Origin: an uncultured Desulfarculus sp.
GTDB lineage: Bacteria > Desulfobacterota > Desulfarculia > Desulfarculales > Desulfarculaceae
Reading direction: 5' to 3'
DNA length: 64,000 nucleotides
Assembly (NCBI GenBank): GCA_963665125.2
Contig: CAXXUK010000001.1
Coordinates: 736,001-800,000, forward strand
In this document: positions 29,986 to 40,037 of the stretch, one piece after another
Layout of the letters: each line of letters begins with the position of its first letter
How positions within the stretch are numbered: position 1 is the first letter of the stretch
Notes under the pieces: generated by a model
The model's input: only the letters and a program-made list of their open reading frames with translations
The model's database searches: none
What the model was told of the DNA's origin: nothing
Program-made: the position numbers and the translations under genes

Positions 29986-30069
29986 AAAAAAAACCTCCGA
30001 GCACCAGCTGTGCGGAGGTGTTATCAGTTTGGGGCAGTTTGCGGCGTTTTAGCCCTCGCCGGGCCAACG
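29986..30069 (-). promoter_or_regulatory. PyrR-binding-like hairpin plus attenuator terminator in the pyrB leader
   Basis: TTGGCCC-GGCGA-GGGCTAA hairpin (NGNGA loop), then ACCTCCG...CGGAGGT followed by a T-run. Confidence 0.6.
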
Positions 30070-30158
30070 ATGCCCATAGGCCACTCCCTAGTGCCAACAC
30101 GTATCTGAAGGTCTGGTCATGATTATCAAAAGCGGGCCAGAATGTCAAGGTGCAGGGC

Positions 30159-30524
30159 TCAGGGCCGCCAGCGGGTTTTGCCTGGGTGCCTGGTGTCCGG
30201 CTTCAGGGTTTCGCCGCCGATGACATTGCCCTCGTAATCTAGGTGAAACACCTGGTCGCAGACGCCGTGGGTGGCCGCTCCTTTGTCGTCATAACTGTGC
30301 ACGAACCTGTACTTGTGCCGGATCGAATAGTCATAGGCCCCGCCATGGGGGTGTTTGACCAGTTTGCTCCAGCTTATATCCTCGTAGGTATCGCCGTGTT
30401 TGATGGACCCTTGCAGATACTCACTGACCATCTGCTTGGCCTGGCTTTCGCTCAATTCGGCCGCCGCGCCGGTCGGAAAAAGAAATATTGCCAATAATAT
30501 CAACGCAGTTAGCCAACGCATCAA
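30159..30524 (-). CDS. Hypothetical secreted protein
   Basis: Signal-peptide-like N-terminus (…AAA-E). Confidence 0.65.
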   Translation of the reverse strand: MMRWLTALILLAIFLFPTGAAAELSESQAKQMVSEYLQGSIKHGDTYEDISWSKLVKHPHGGAYDYSIRHKYRFVHSYDDKGAATHGVCDQVFHLDYEGNVIGGETLKPDTRHPGKTRWRP

Positions 30525-30619
30525 GCATGCCTCGCAATACTGTGCCTATTTTATCACACCTTTTCAGGCCCTGCTTGCAATGGTGGACTGCCGGGCCCGG
30601 CCATGGTACAAGCCACTGT

Positions 30620-33514
30620 ATGAACGATGAGTTGAACAGCTTTGTCCAAGGGCTGCCGGGGCTGGTAAAGGGCTCGGCCCTGATCTCCCATGTGGAGCGC
30701 ATCCCGGCCCGTCCCGCGGCATTTGGCAGGCTCGAACCCGCCCTGGCCGAGCCGCTGAGCAGAGCCCTGAAGTCGCTGGGCGTGGGCGAATTATATTCCC
30801 ACCAGAGCGCGGCCATCGACCTGGCCAGGTTGGGCCGGGATGTTGTAGCGGCAACGCCCACGGCCTCGGGCAAGAGCCTGATCTACAGCCTGCCGGTGCT
30901 GGAACGCCTTTTCTACGAGCCCCGGGCCAAGACCCTGATGCTCTTTCCCCTGAAGGCCCTGGAGCAGGACCAGCTCAAGTCCATCAACGATCTGGCCTTT
31001 CGGGCCGGTCTGGGGCCGGTGGCCGCCGTGTACGACGGCGACACGCCCCAGGGCCTGCGCCGCAAGATCCGCGAAAAAACGCCGCCCGTGCTGATCTCCA
31101 ACCCGGACATGGTCCACGCGGCGGTGTGCGCCTACCCCGAAGCCTGGAAGGAGTTCCTGGCCAACCTGCGCTTTATCGTCATCGACGAGGTGCACACCTA
31201 CCGGGGCGTGTTCGGCTCCCACGTGGCCCAGGTGCTGCGGCGTTTGTTGCGCCTGGCCGCCGGCCTGGGGGCCGATCCGTCGTTCGTGCTTTGTTCGGCC
31301 ACCGTGGCCAATCCGGCGGCCCATGCCTCGGCCTTGACGGGCCGGGAGTTCGGGCCGGACCAGGTGGTGGATACCTGCGGCGCTCCGGCGGCCGGGCGGG
31401 CCTTTGCCCTGATCAACCCGGTTGGCGCGGCCAGCACCACGGCCTCCCGGCTGATGGTCTCGTCAATGCGCAAGGGCCTGGCCACCATCTGCTTTACCAA
31501 GAGCCGCATCCACACCGAGCTGATCCATTCCTGGATCACCCGCTCCAACCCGGACCTGCGGGGATCCGTGGCCGGATACCGGGCCGGATTCCTGCCCGAG
31601 GAACGCCGCCGCATCGAGCACGACCTGGCCTCGGGCCGCCTGTCCGGCGTGGTCAGCACCAGCGCCCTGGAGATGGGCATAGACATCGGCGGGCTGGATG
31701 TCTGCATCCTGGTGGGCTATCCGGGCAGCCAGATCAACACCTGGCAGCGGGGGGGCAGGGTGGGCCGGGCCGGGCGTGACAGCGCCGTATTGCTGGTGGC
31801 CGCGCCCGATGCTCTGGACCAATACCTGATCAATCATCCCCGGGAGTTTTTCGCCCGGCCGGTGGAGGCCGCAGTGCTGGACCCGGACAACAAGGCAATC
31901 GTCGGGCGGCATCTGGTTTGCGCCGCCGCCGAGGAGCCCCTGGCCCTGAACGACAAATTTTTCGATTTGAAACGGCACGCCGAGGCCCTGCGGGAGCAGG
32001 CCCAGGCCGGAGAGCTGCTGCTGGACGCCTCGGGCAGCCGCTGGTTCGCCGCCCGCAAGCGGCCCCAGCGCCTGGTGGACCTGCGGGGCGCTGGCGAGAG
32101 CTTCACCATCGTCGACCCCGGCGGCAAGGTCATCGGCACCATCGACGGGGTGCGCGTGTTCAAGGAAGGCCATCCTGGGGCCATCTACCTGCACCGCACC
32201 AAATCCTACGAGGTCGTCGACCTGGACATTCCCGAGCGTAGGGTCACGGCCCGGCTGCACAGCGTGGACTACTACACCCGCACCCGCTCGGAAAAAGAGA
32301 CCGAGATCATCCAAGAGACGGGCCGCCGGCCGGTGGCCAATTTCCTGGTGCGCCAGGGCAGGCTCAAGGTCACCGAGACCATCACCGGCTACGAGCGGCG
32401 CAGGCTCTCGGGCCAGGATCTCCTGGGCGTCTACGGCCTTGACCTGCCGCCCCAGACATTCGAGACCCACGGCCTGTGGATCGACATCGAGGACGCGGTG
32501 CGCCAAAAGGTGGAGCGGGCGGGCCGCCATTTCATGGGCTCCATCCATGCCCTGGAGCACGCGGCCATTGCCATGTTCCCGCTTTTCGCCCTGTGCGACC
32601 GGGGCGATATCGGCGGCATATCCATCCCCCTGCACCCCCAGACCGGCAAGGCGGCGGTGTTCATCTATGACGGCGTGGCCGGGGGCGTGGGCCTGGCCGA
32701 GCGGGGCTTCGAGATCATCGAGGAGCTGTTGCAAAAGGTCGCGGATCTGCTGGAACAATGCCCCTGCGAGGAGGGCTGCCCGGCCTGCGTGTATTCGCCC
32801 AAGTGCGGCTCGGGCAACAAACCCCTGGACAAGGCCGGGGCCCTGTTGCTGACTCGTACGTTGTTGGGCCTGGAAAGCCTGGAAGCGGCTGCCGCGCCCG
32901 CCCCGCCGCCCCAGGTCATCGCTGGACCCAGGGCCGTGAGCCCCAACGGGGCCATGCGCTACGGCGTGCTGGACCTGGAAACCCAGCGACTGGCCAGCGA
33001 AGTGGGCGGCTGGAACAATACGCACCTGATGAAGGTCAGCGTGGCCGTGCTTTATGACAGCAAGACCGATAAATACGAGGCATACGAAGAAAAACAATTG
33101 CACCATCTGCTCAAGCGCATGGCCGAGTTGGAACTGATAATCGGTTTTAATATCCTGGGCTTTGACTACGGCGTGCTTGGAGCCTACAGCACCGGTGATT
33201 TGCAGCGCCTACCCACCCTGGACATGCTGGCCGACCTGCATCAGACCCTTGGCCACCGGATCAGCTTGCAGGCCCTGGGCGAGGCCACCCTGGACGCGGG
33301 CAAGAGCGCCGACGGACTACAGGCCGTGGAATGGTGGCGTCAGGGCAACATGGCCGATCTCACGGCCTATTGCCAAAAGGATGTGGAGTTGACCAGGGAC
33401 CTGTTCCTCTACGGCCAAAAGGAGGGCCACCTGCTTTTCGAGCGCAAGAAACAGGGCATACTGCGCGCCCCTGTTGAGTGGCAGTGGGAAACCCTGCGGG
33501 AGAGATTCAAGTGA
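30620..33514 (+). CDS. DEAH helicase of YprA/Hrq (DUF1998) type fused to a C-terminal DEDD/RNase_H_2 (YprB-like) exonuclease domain
   Basis: TASGKS, DEVH, SAT, QRGGRVGR, CPCEEGCPAC, then LDLETQ...FNILGFD...YCQKDV. Confidence 0.92.
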   Translation: MNDELNSFVQGLPGLVKGSALISHVERIPARPAAFGRLEPALAEPLSRALKSLGVGELYSHQSAAIDLARLGRDVVAATPTASGKSLIYSLPVLERLFYEPRAKTLMLFPLKALEQDQLKSINDLAFRAGLGPVAAVYDGDTPQGLRRKIREKTPPVLISNPDMVHAAVCAYPEAWKEFLANLRFIVIDEVHTYRGVFGSHVAQVLRRLLRLAAGLGADPSFVLCSATVANPAAHASALTGREFGPDQVVDTCGAPAAGRAFALINPVGAASTTASRLMVSSMRKGLATICFTKSRIHTELIHSWITRSNPDLRGSVAGYRAGFLPEERRRIEHDLASGRLSGVVSTSALEMGIDIGGLDVCILVGYPGSQINTWQRGGRVGRAGRDSAVLLVAAPDALDQYLINHPREFFARPVEAAVLDPDNKAIVGRHLVCAAAEEPLALNDKFFDLKRHAEALREQAQAGELLLDASGSRWFAARKRPQRLVDLRGAGESFTIVDPGGKVIGTIDGVRVFKEGHPGAIYLHRTKSYEVVDLDIPERRVTARLHSVDYYTRTRSEKETEIIQETGRRPVANFLVRQGRLKVTETITGYERRRLSGQDLLGVYGLDLPPQTFETHGLWIDIEDAVRQKVERAGRHFMGSIHALEHAAIAMFPLFALCDRGDIGGISIPLHPQTGKAAVFIYDGVAGGVGLAERGFEIIEELLQKVADLLEQCPCEEGCPACVYSPKCGSGNKPLDKAGALLLTRTLLGLESLEAAAAPAPPPQVIAGPRAVSPNGAMRYGVLDLETQRLASEVGGWNNTHLMKVSVAVLYDSKTDKYEAYEEKQLHHLLKRMAELELIIGFNILGFDYGVLGAYSTGDLQRLPTLDMLADLHQTLGHRISLQALGEATLDAGKSADGLQAVEWWRQGNMADLTAYCQKDVELTRDLFLYGQKEGHLLFERKKQGILRAPVEWQWETLRERFK

Positions 33515-34389
33515 GACGCATACCCGGCCCGGAATGCACCGCCTGCCTGAGCCGCCTGGTGGCTGCCACCCTGAACGGATGCGGCCAAAACGGCCCAGCG
33601 CCCGGTGAGCTTGCCCAAGACATGGACAAGATCGTGGCCCACGGCTTGGCCGCGGGGGAAACGCCCGCCGTCATAGCCACCCGCTTTCTGGCCCTGGCCC
33701 GGCGGCACAGCGGCATTGACGACCCGTTCGCCGCCAAGAAGGACCACGATTTCGCGGCGGCGGCCAAGGCGGCCGAGGCCCTGGGCGATCTGCCCGACAC
33801 CCTGGCGGCCAGGGTCAAGGCGGCCATCCTGGGCAATGCCTTTGATCATTTTTTTATCGCCAATCAGGCTGAAATATGGGGCCGGGGCCTGGATCTGGAC
33901 ATGGGCGTGGACGATCTGGCCCAGGTTGAAGAACTGCTGGCGCCCGGGGCCCTGGTGGCAATATTATCCGACAATTGCGGCGAGCAGTCCTTTGACCGGT
34001 TTTTGGTGGAACATCTGGAAGGCCGGGACTGCCGGGTGGCTTATGTGGTCAAGTCCGGCCCGGCCCAAAATGATCTGACCCTGGACGATCTTCGACAGCG
34101 GCGGCAGGGCCACGGCTTGGGTATGGTCATCGGCAGCGGCACCGAGCAGGTGGGCCTGGACCCGACCGACACACCCGGCGAATTGGGCCGTTTTCTGGAT
34201 GCCTGCGACCTGGTCATCGCCAAGGGTATGGGCCACTTCGAGACCATGGGGCCCCAGGCGGGGCTATGGCCCGGCGGAAGGGTGCGCTGGCCGCTGTTGA
34301 TGCTTTTTTTAGCCAAGTGCGAGCCCGTGGCCCGCAGCCTGGGCCTGGAGCCGGGCCAAGGCGTGGCCAGGTTTATCCCGGCCGGTTGA
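33511..34389 (+). CDS. DUF89/ARMT1-like damage-control phosphatase
   Basis: CTAC, DPF..KK, LSDNCGE, AKGMGHFE, FLAKC; GTGA overlap with the helicase stop. Confidence 0.85.
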   Translation: MRRIPGPECTACLSRLVAATLNGCGQNGPAPGELAQDMDKIVAHGLAAGETPAVIATRFLALARRHSGIDDPFAAKKDHDFAAAAKAAEALGDLPDTLAARVKAAILGNAFDHFFIANQAEIWGRGLDLDMGVDDLAQVEELLAPGALVAILSDNCGEQSFDRFLVEHLEGRDCRVAYVVKSGPAQNDLTLDDLRQRRQGHGLGMVIGSGTEQVGLDPTDTPGELGRFLDACDLVIAKGMGHFETMGPQAGLWPGGRVRWPLLMLFLAKCEPVARSLGLEPGQGVARFIPAG

Positions 34390-34421
34390 CATATGTAACG
34401 ACAACGGGCTACACCAGATAA

Positions 34422-35621
34422 ATGAGCGGAAAAATCATGCGAAAAATTCTGGCGGTTATTTTTGTATGCCTTCTGGGCCTGGCGGCAGCGTGTTCATCCA
34501 CGCCCACTCCGGTGATCATCGGGCCGGAAAACGCCCTTGAGCTGGTGCACCCCGATGAATGGCCGGTCTTCACCGATGATTTGGACTCGGAGAGTCTGGT
34601 GCTGGCCTGCGACTCAGCCCTGGGCTATCTCCAAAAAATGCCGCCCGAACGTCTTTTCAATTTTGGCGGCGCGCACTTTACCGCCGCGGAGCTGATCGCA
34701 GCCCTGGAACGCCAGAAAGACATGCTGGTGCGCTACCCAGATCCGGTTGACCGCACCCAGGCTCTGAAACGGGAGTTCAACCTCTACAAGTCACGGGGCT
34801 CCGACGGCTTGGGCCGGGTCTTGTTCACCGGCTATTACGAGCCCATGCTGGAGGCCCGCCACCAGCCCGACGCCAAATTCGACCAGCCTGTCTACGGCCT
34901 GCCGGAAAACCTGCTGACCATTGACTTGCAGGATTTCAGCGAGTTGTTGCCCGATAAAAAGCTTGTCTGCATGGTCGAGGGCAAGAAGGTCGTACCGTAT
35001 TACGACCGCGAGGACATCGACTTCGAGGGCCAACTCAAGGACAAGGCCCCGGTGCTGGGCTATGTGGACGAGATGGTAGAGTCGTTTTTTTTGCAGATCC
35101 AGGGCTCGGGCCAGTTGCAGTTTGAAGACGGCAGCCGTCTGCGGGTGGGTTATGCCGGGGCCAACGGGCACCCCTACCGCTCCATCGGCCGTCTGCTCCT
35201 GGACGAGGGCCTGATGCAGCCGGGCGAAATGTCCATGCAGGGCATATTGAAGTTTTTGGACGAAAACCCGCAGCATATGCGACGCGTGCTGTCGCACAAC
35301 CCGTCATATGTTTTCTTCCGGCCCCTGGACACCGAGGGCGGGCCCCTGGGCTGCTACAACGCCCCGGTCAATGGAGGCAGGGCCATTGCCACCGACCGCC
35401 GGTTTTTCACGGCTCCGGCCATGGCCTATATCGAGACGGAGATACCGGCCGCCGAAGACCAAGTGCGGCCCGCCGCGCGTTTCGTGGTCAACCTGGACAC
35501 CGGCGGGGCCATTAGGGGAGCGGGCAGGGTTGATCTGTTCTTTGGCACCGGCGACGAGGCCGGGCGCATGGCCGGGCACATGAAATACGAAGGCAGGCTG
35601 TATTTCCTTTTGCCCAAATAA
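34422..35621 (+). CDS. mltA: Membrane-bound lytic transglycosylase MltA
   Basis: Lipobox, FTGYYEP, FLQIQGSG, NPSYVFF, DTGGAIRG..RVDLFFG. Confidence 0.94.
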   Translation: MSGKIMRKILAVIFVCLLGLAAACSSTPTPVIIGPENALELVHPDEWPVFTDDLDSESLVLACDSALGYLQKMPPERLFNFGGAHFTAAELIAALERQKDMLVRYPDPVDRTQALKREFNLYKSRGSDGLGRVLFTGYYEPMLEARHQPDAKFDQPVYGLPENLLTIDLQDFSELLPDKKLVCMVEGKKVVPYYDREDIDFEGQLKDKAPVLGYVDEMVESFFLQIQGSGQLQFEDGSRLRVGYAGANGHPYRSIGRLLLDEGLMQPGEMSMQGILKFLDENPQHMRRVLSHNPSYVFFRPLDTEGGPLGCYNAPVNGGRAIATDRRFFTAPAMAYIETEIPAAEDQVRPAARFVVNLDTGGAIRGAGRVDLFFGTGDEAGRMAGHMKYEGRLYFLLPK

Positions 35622-35633
35622 GGAGTGCGGACC

Positions 35634-36164
35634 ATGTACGCGGAAAAGAGCATCGGCAAGACCAAACTGAGTCTGACCGAGGGCGACATCACCGGACAGA
35701 AGGTCGACGCCATTGTCAACGCGGCCAACAGCAGGCTGGACGGCGGCGGCGGGGTGGACGGCGCGATCCACCGGGCGGGCGGCCCGACGATCATGGAGCA
35801 GTGCCGCAAAATCGGCGGCTGCCCCACGGGCCAGGCCGTGATCACCACCGGCGGCAATCTGCCGGCAAAGTACGTCATTCACACAGTGGGGCCGATATAT
35901 CGGGGTACGGTTCGCGATGCCGAGTTGCTGGCCTCGTGCTACGGCCAATCGCTTGGCCTGGCCTCAACCAGGGGCCTGCGCACGGTGGCCTTTCCCAGCA
36001 TCTCCACCGGGGCCTACGGCTACCCCCTGGATGAGGCGGCCATGGTGGCCCTGCAAGCCGTTTCGGCGGTCATCGGTGCCAATCCCGAGGCCTTTGACGA
36101 GGTGAGGTTTGTCTTGTTCGGCAAAGCCGCCTTTGATGCTTACCAACTGGCGCTGAACAAATAA
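35634..36164 (+). CDS. Macrodomain O-acetyl-ADP-ribose deacetylase (YmdB-like)
   Basis: GDIT, VNAAN, GGGGVDGAIH, HTVGP, STGAYGYP. Confidence 0.93.
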   Translation: MYAEKSIGKTKLSLTEGDITGQKVDAIVNAANSRLDGGGGVDGAIHRAGGPTIMEQCRKIGGCPTGQAVITTGGNLPAKYVIHTVGPIYRGTVRDAELLASCYGQSLGLASTRGLRTVAFPSISTGAYGYPLDEAAMVALQAVSAVIGANPEAFDEVRFVLFGKAAFDAYQLALNK

Positions 36165-36183
36165 TTGTAGTTGGCCTGTTCAG

Positions 36184-36201
36184 TTGGCCTATAAGTTGCA
36201 T
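36184..36201 (+). promoter_or_regulatory. Putative sigma54 promoter
   Basis: TTGGCCTATAAGTTGCAT (GG-N10-GC with TTGCA at -12). Confidence 0.6.
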
Positions 36202-36210
36202 TCACTATAT

Positions 36211-36296
36211 GCCAGGTTGCGTTTTGGAACGCTAATGTTCTCCCAACAGGGGCAGGCAGGGAGGACGGCAGTTCTGGAACGCAACCCGTCTTTTTA
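36211..36296 (+). ncRNA. Candidate structured small RNA
   Basis: 16-bp stem (36215-36230 with 36271-36286) starting at the predicted +1 and followed by T5; no plausible ORF. Confidence 0.4.
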
Positions 36297-36532
36297 GGGG
36301 TCGGCTTTAACTCGGCCATGGCCTAACTCAATGATTATAAAAGCCGATATAGCGGGCCCTGCTTTTCCGTGAAGGAATGAAAAGCGTGATGTCAACATCA
36401 GGGCAAGAAAATTATATGTTGACTTTGTCACCAAATCAGACCAGTGGACTAGACAAGCAAAACGGGTATTTATGCCCTATATTATCGGTAAAAAATGCCC
36501 TAAAAATAATTTAGCGCGATTTGTCGGTAAAA

Positions 36533-36949
36533 TTATACCGAAACTGCCGTGGGCGTGCGGCGTGACTCGCGCAGCAGCCGCCGAACAGTGTGGCGGAAAT
36601 CGTCGAGGCCCACCAATTTGTCAAGGAATTCAGCCGCGCCGGCTTCCCTGCAGCGGGTGGGCAGCCGCGGGTCACCGTGGGCGCTGAGCATGAGAATTGG
36701 CGTTTTAGGTGATTTGGGGCATGAAACGATGAATTCCTTGCAAAGGTCCAGACCATTTGCGTCCGGAAGCCGGACATCGATTATGAGCAGATCGGGATGC
36801 TGTGGGGTATCCGCCAGCCAGCAGCGAGCCAGATTGGCGGTTCCAACCGTTACAACTTGGATGTTGTCATCCATCAACACGCTTCGATATAACACCGATG
36901 TGTCGTTGTCGTCTTCAATAATAAGCACCAGGGGAAGTGCTTGTTTCAC
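36533..36949 (-). CDS. Single-domain response regulator
   Basis: IIEDD, IDVRLPDANG, LSA, FLDK. Confidence 0.9.
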   Translation of the reverse strand: MKQALPLVLIIEDDNDTSVLYRSVLMDDNIQVVTVGTANLARCWLADTPQHPDLLIIDVRLPDANGLDLCKEFIVSCPKSPKTPILMLSAHGDPRLPTRCREAGAAEFLDKLVGLDDFRHTVRRLLRESRRTPTAVSV

Positions 36950-38412
36950 TGTAGAGCCTCCATGGTGACCGTGAAGGTGGTGCCTTTGCCGATTTCACTG
37001 TCCACGCTGATATCACCATTGTGAAGCTTCACGATTTCCTGGACAAGAGACAAACCAATACCCAATCCTTCCAGCCGTCCTGTGCCGGACAGGTTTGCCT
37101 GATAAAACCTGTTGAAAATATTTGCCATATGCTCTCTGGCTATGCCGACGCCGGAATCTTTGACCTGAAACACCGCTTTGCTGTTGTTTCTGCCAAGTGA
37201 GAGAAGGACCTCTCCACCGTCTTTGTTGTATTTGACGGCGTTCATAATCAGATTGTCCATCAGTTGGGCCATCTTCTCCATATGGCCCAGGACTTTTATT
37301 TCGGGCAGGGGCAGGGGGGCGAGATTGATGTCAATGTTGCGCTCCTGGGCCGCCGGTTTGAGGTTTTCGCATTCGGTTTGTAACAACAGGCCCAAGTCCA
37401 GCGGCGCCAGTACGTACTGATCCTTGTATCTGCTCAACCGGGCCAGATCCAGCAGGTTGTTGATCTGGTTTTCCAGCTTGAGCAAATTGCGCCAGCAAAC
37501 ATCCAAATGGTTTTTCGACTGGTCGCTCATGTCCTGGCCTCTGAGCAGCAACTGCAAAAAGCCCTTTAACGAGACCAGGGGAGTTTTCAACTCATGGCTT
37601 AGCGTGGTCAGGAATTCGTCTTTTATATTTTCCACACTGCGTATCTCCTCAAGAGCCGATTCCAGGGCCTTTGTCTTATTGATCAGTTCGTCGGCCAGCT
37701 TTTCGCGTTCGGTGACGTCTCGGAGGATCGCACCAAAAAACCAGGGTTGGCCCTGGGGGGTGAATTGAACGGAAACCGATACTTCAACCTTGACCATGCC
37801 GCCGGGGCCTTGGAAATGCCCCCTCAAAAGCTCCGCCGGATTGAGCATGGCCTTGTCCCAGCCTTCTTCAAGGAAGATGATGCTCTCCACCTTGCGGCCG
37901 ATTACCGCCGAACGCTTCAGCGACAAACCATCCAACAGCGCGGGGTTGATGTCGAGAATGCGCCGGCTCGCCGGTGCGATGGATAGAAACATGTCCGATG
38001 CGGCTTGGAAAAAGTGCTGATAATGGCTTTGTTGATCCGCAACGGTATCACGCAATATCTGCATGGCCAGGCCAAGGCGTCCCAGTTCGTCGCTTTGGTC
38101 GAAATGCCGCCAGTCGGTAACGAATTCGCCCAGGGCCATCCGGCGGCATGAGTCCAGCAGAACCTGCTCGTTTGCCTGAAGTTTGCGCCGCCATAGATGC
38201 CCACCGAACAAGGACCCGGCCAGGGCGGCCAGGAAAACCAGCACCATCCAAGGCAGGAACAAGGGCAATCCCTTGCCATGGAGCCAAGTGCCAAACCAGC
38301 CGTTCGAGGTTGGCCAGTCCGCAATGGCGTGTGCCGCCATGACTGCCGCTACTGGTACCGCGGTGCAAAACGCCAGCATCAGCAGCCGTTTATGGTCTGC
38401 CTTAATGTTCAT
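36946..38412 (-). CDS. Membrane sensor histidine kinase (HAMP-PAS-HisKA-HATPase)
   Basis: SHELKTPL, NAVKYN, DSGVG, GLGIGL. Confidence 0.94.
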   Translation of the reverse strand: MNIKADHKRLLMLAFCTAVPVAAVMAAHAIADWPTSNGWFGTWLHGKGLPLFLPWMVLVFLAALAGSLFGGHLWRRKLQANEQVLLDSCRRMALGEFVTDWRHFDQSDELGRLGLAMQILRDTVADQQSHYQHFFQAASDMFLSIAPASRRILDINPALLDGLSLKRSAVIGRKVESIIFLEEGWDKAMLNPAELLRGHFQGPGGMVKVEVSVSVQFTPQGQPWFFGAILRDVTEREKLADELINKTKALESALEEIRSVENIKDEFLTTLSHELKTPLVSLKGFLQLLLRGQDMSDQSKNHLDVCWRNLLKLENQINNLLDLARLSRYKDQYVLAPLDLGLLLQTECENLKPAAQERNIDINLAPLPLPEIKVLGHMEKMAQLMDNLIMNAVKYNKDGGEVLLSLGRNNSKAVFQVKDSGVGIAREHMANIFNRFYQANLSGTGRLEGLGIGLSLVQEIVKLHNGDISVDSEIGKGTTFTVTMEALQ

Positions 38413-38558
38413 TGATTTCAGATTTTTCGTGATTGTTAAAAATTTGCCATATGAGAGTAGCCTTACATAAAAGTAATGTCAACTTGATCCATAAGCGCTT
38501 TTGTAACTATGGGCAAATGCGTGCTACTATCAAAACCATCACATGCTGGATGTCGATT

Positions 38559-40037
38559 ATGCACGTTCTATTCTTATCGCCGGAAGTTTGGCCGTTCTCC
38601 CATGTCGGGGGGTTGTCGGAAGTCTCCCACGACCTTCCGCTGGCACTGGGGCGAGCGGGCCATCAGGTCGCTGTCATTACCCCCGGTCTGAACATCAATG
38701 GCAATAGCAGCGAAGGATTGAAAAAGCTGGACATTGTCCTTGATGTGCCGGTTTCATACAGTGTCCAAAGGGCAAACGTGTATTTGCGTGAAATGGGTAA
38801 AGGTGTAAACGCCTACCTTATCGGCCATGAAAACATGTTTGACCGGGATGGCTTGTATGGCAACCAATTTGGAGATTACGAGGACAATGCCGAGAGGTTT
38901 GTCTTTTTTAGCAGGGCTTGCCTTGAACTGGCCAAGGCCATGGACTGGAAGGTAGATATAGTTCACGCCAATGACTGGACCACGGGGCTGGTTCCTCTTT
39001 ACATGCGGACCATTTACAAGGATACCGCCTGCCTGCGCAAGGCCGCCAGCGTATTCACCGTGCACAACATCGGCAAACAAGGTGTCTTTTGGCACTATGA
39101 CATGCCCCTGACCGGACTGGGGTGGGAATGCTTCACGCCGGAGTTGATCGAGTTTTATGGGAAGATCAATTTCCTGAAGGCCGGTCTCGTGGCCGCGGAC
39201 ATGATCACCACGGTTTCCGACACATACCTCAGGGATATCCTCACCCAAGACTTGGGTTTCGGACTCGAGGGGGTACTGAATTCCCGTAGAGACAGGCTCG
39301 TCGCCATCACCAACGGCGTTGATTTCAGTGTCTGGGATCCGGCCACGGATAAGCATCTGGCAGCCAACTATGATGCCGCCAATTTGGAAAATAAAAAGAT
39401 ATGCCAGACCGATGTCCGGCGTCACTTTGGCCTGGATATGGAAGGATCGCGGCCTGTTTTGGCGGTGTTGGGCAACCTCTTGGAACGCAAGGGCACCGAC
39501 TTGGTGGCCGGCAGCGCGGACGAAATTATCCAAATGGGGTTTGATCTGGTCGTGATGGGCTTCGGTGACAACCACTATCATGACCTGTTGGACGCCGCGG
39601 TGAAACGGCACCCGCAAAACATGGGACTTTGGCTTGGTTTCGAGACCGAACTCGCCCATAAGATTATCGCCGGCGCGGATATGATCCTCATGCCCAGCCG
39701 TTACGAGCCCTGCGGTTTGCACCAGATGCATGGCATGCGTTACGGCACCGTCCCCATAGTGCGGCGGACGGGTGGGTTGGCTGATACGGTTGCTGATTTC
39801 GATCAATCCGCAGATGGAAACGGGTTTGTTTTTGACCAGTATTCATCAGAGGCCATGTTGGCCGCATTGTCCCGGGCAAAAGACGTCTTCGCCGCGCCCG
39901 ATCGCTGGCGGGACTTGATTCTGCGGGGCATGAACAGCGATTTTTCATGGAATTCCGCAGTAGTAAACTATGATCAGGTCTACCGTAGAGCACTTGAACT
40001 GCGCAACAACGTTGAAGAGGCACCACGCCATGATTGA
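38559..40037 (+). CDS. glgA: Glycogen synthase family (GT5) protein with variant active site
   Basis: GGL loop, DNAERF, HANDW, TVHN, PSRYEPCGL, TGGLADT; HVGGL replaces KxGGL. Confidence 0.85.
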   Translation: MHVLFLSPEVWPFSHVGGLSEVSHDLPLALGRAGHQVAVITPGLNINGNSSEGLKKLDIVLDVPVSYSVQRANVYLREMGKGVNAYLIGHENMFDRDGLYGNQFGDYEDNAERFVFFSRACLELAKAMDWKVDIVHANDWTTGLVPLYMRTIYKDTACLRKAASVFTVHNIGKQGVFWHYDMPLTGLGWECFTPELIEFYGKINFLKAGLVAADMITTVSDTYLRDILTQDLGFGLEGVLNSRRDRLVAITNGVDFSVWDPATDKHLAANYDAANLENKKICQTDVRRHFGLDMEGSRPVLAVLGNLLERKGTDLVAGSADEIIQMGFDLVVMGFGDNHYHDLLDAAVKRHPQNMGLWLGFETELAHKIIAGADMILMPSRYEPCGLHQMHGMRYGTVPIVRRTGGLADTVADFDQSADGNGFVFDQYSSEAMLAALSRAKDVFAAPDRWRDLILRGMNSDFSWNSAVVNYDQVYRRALELRNNVEEAPRHD

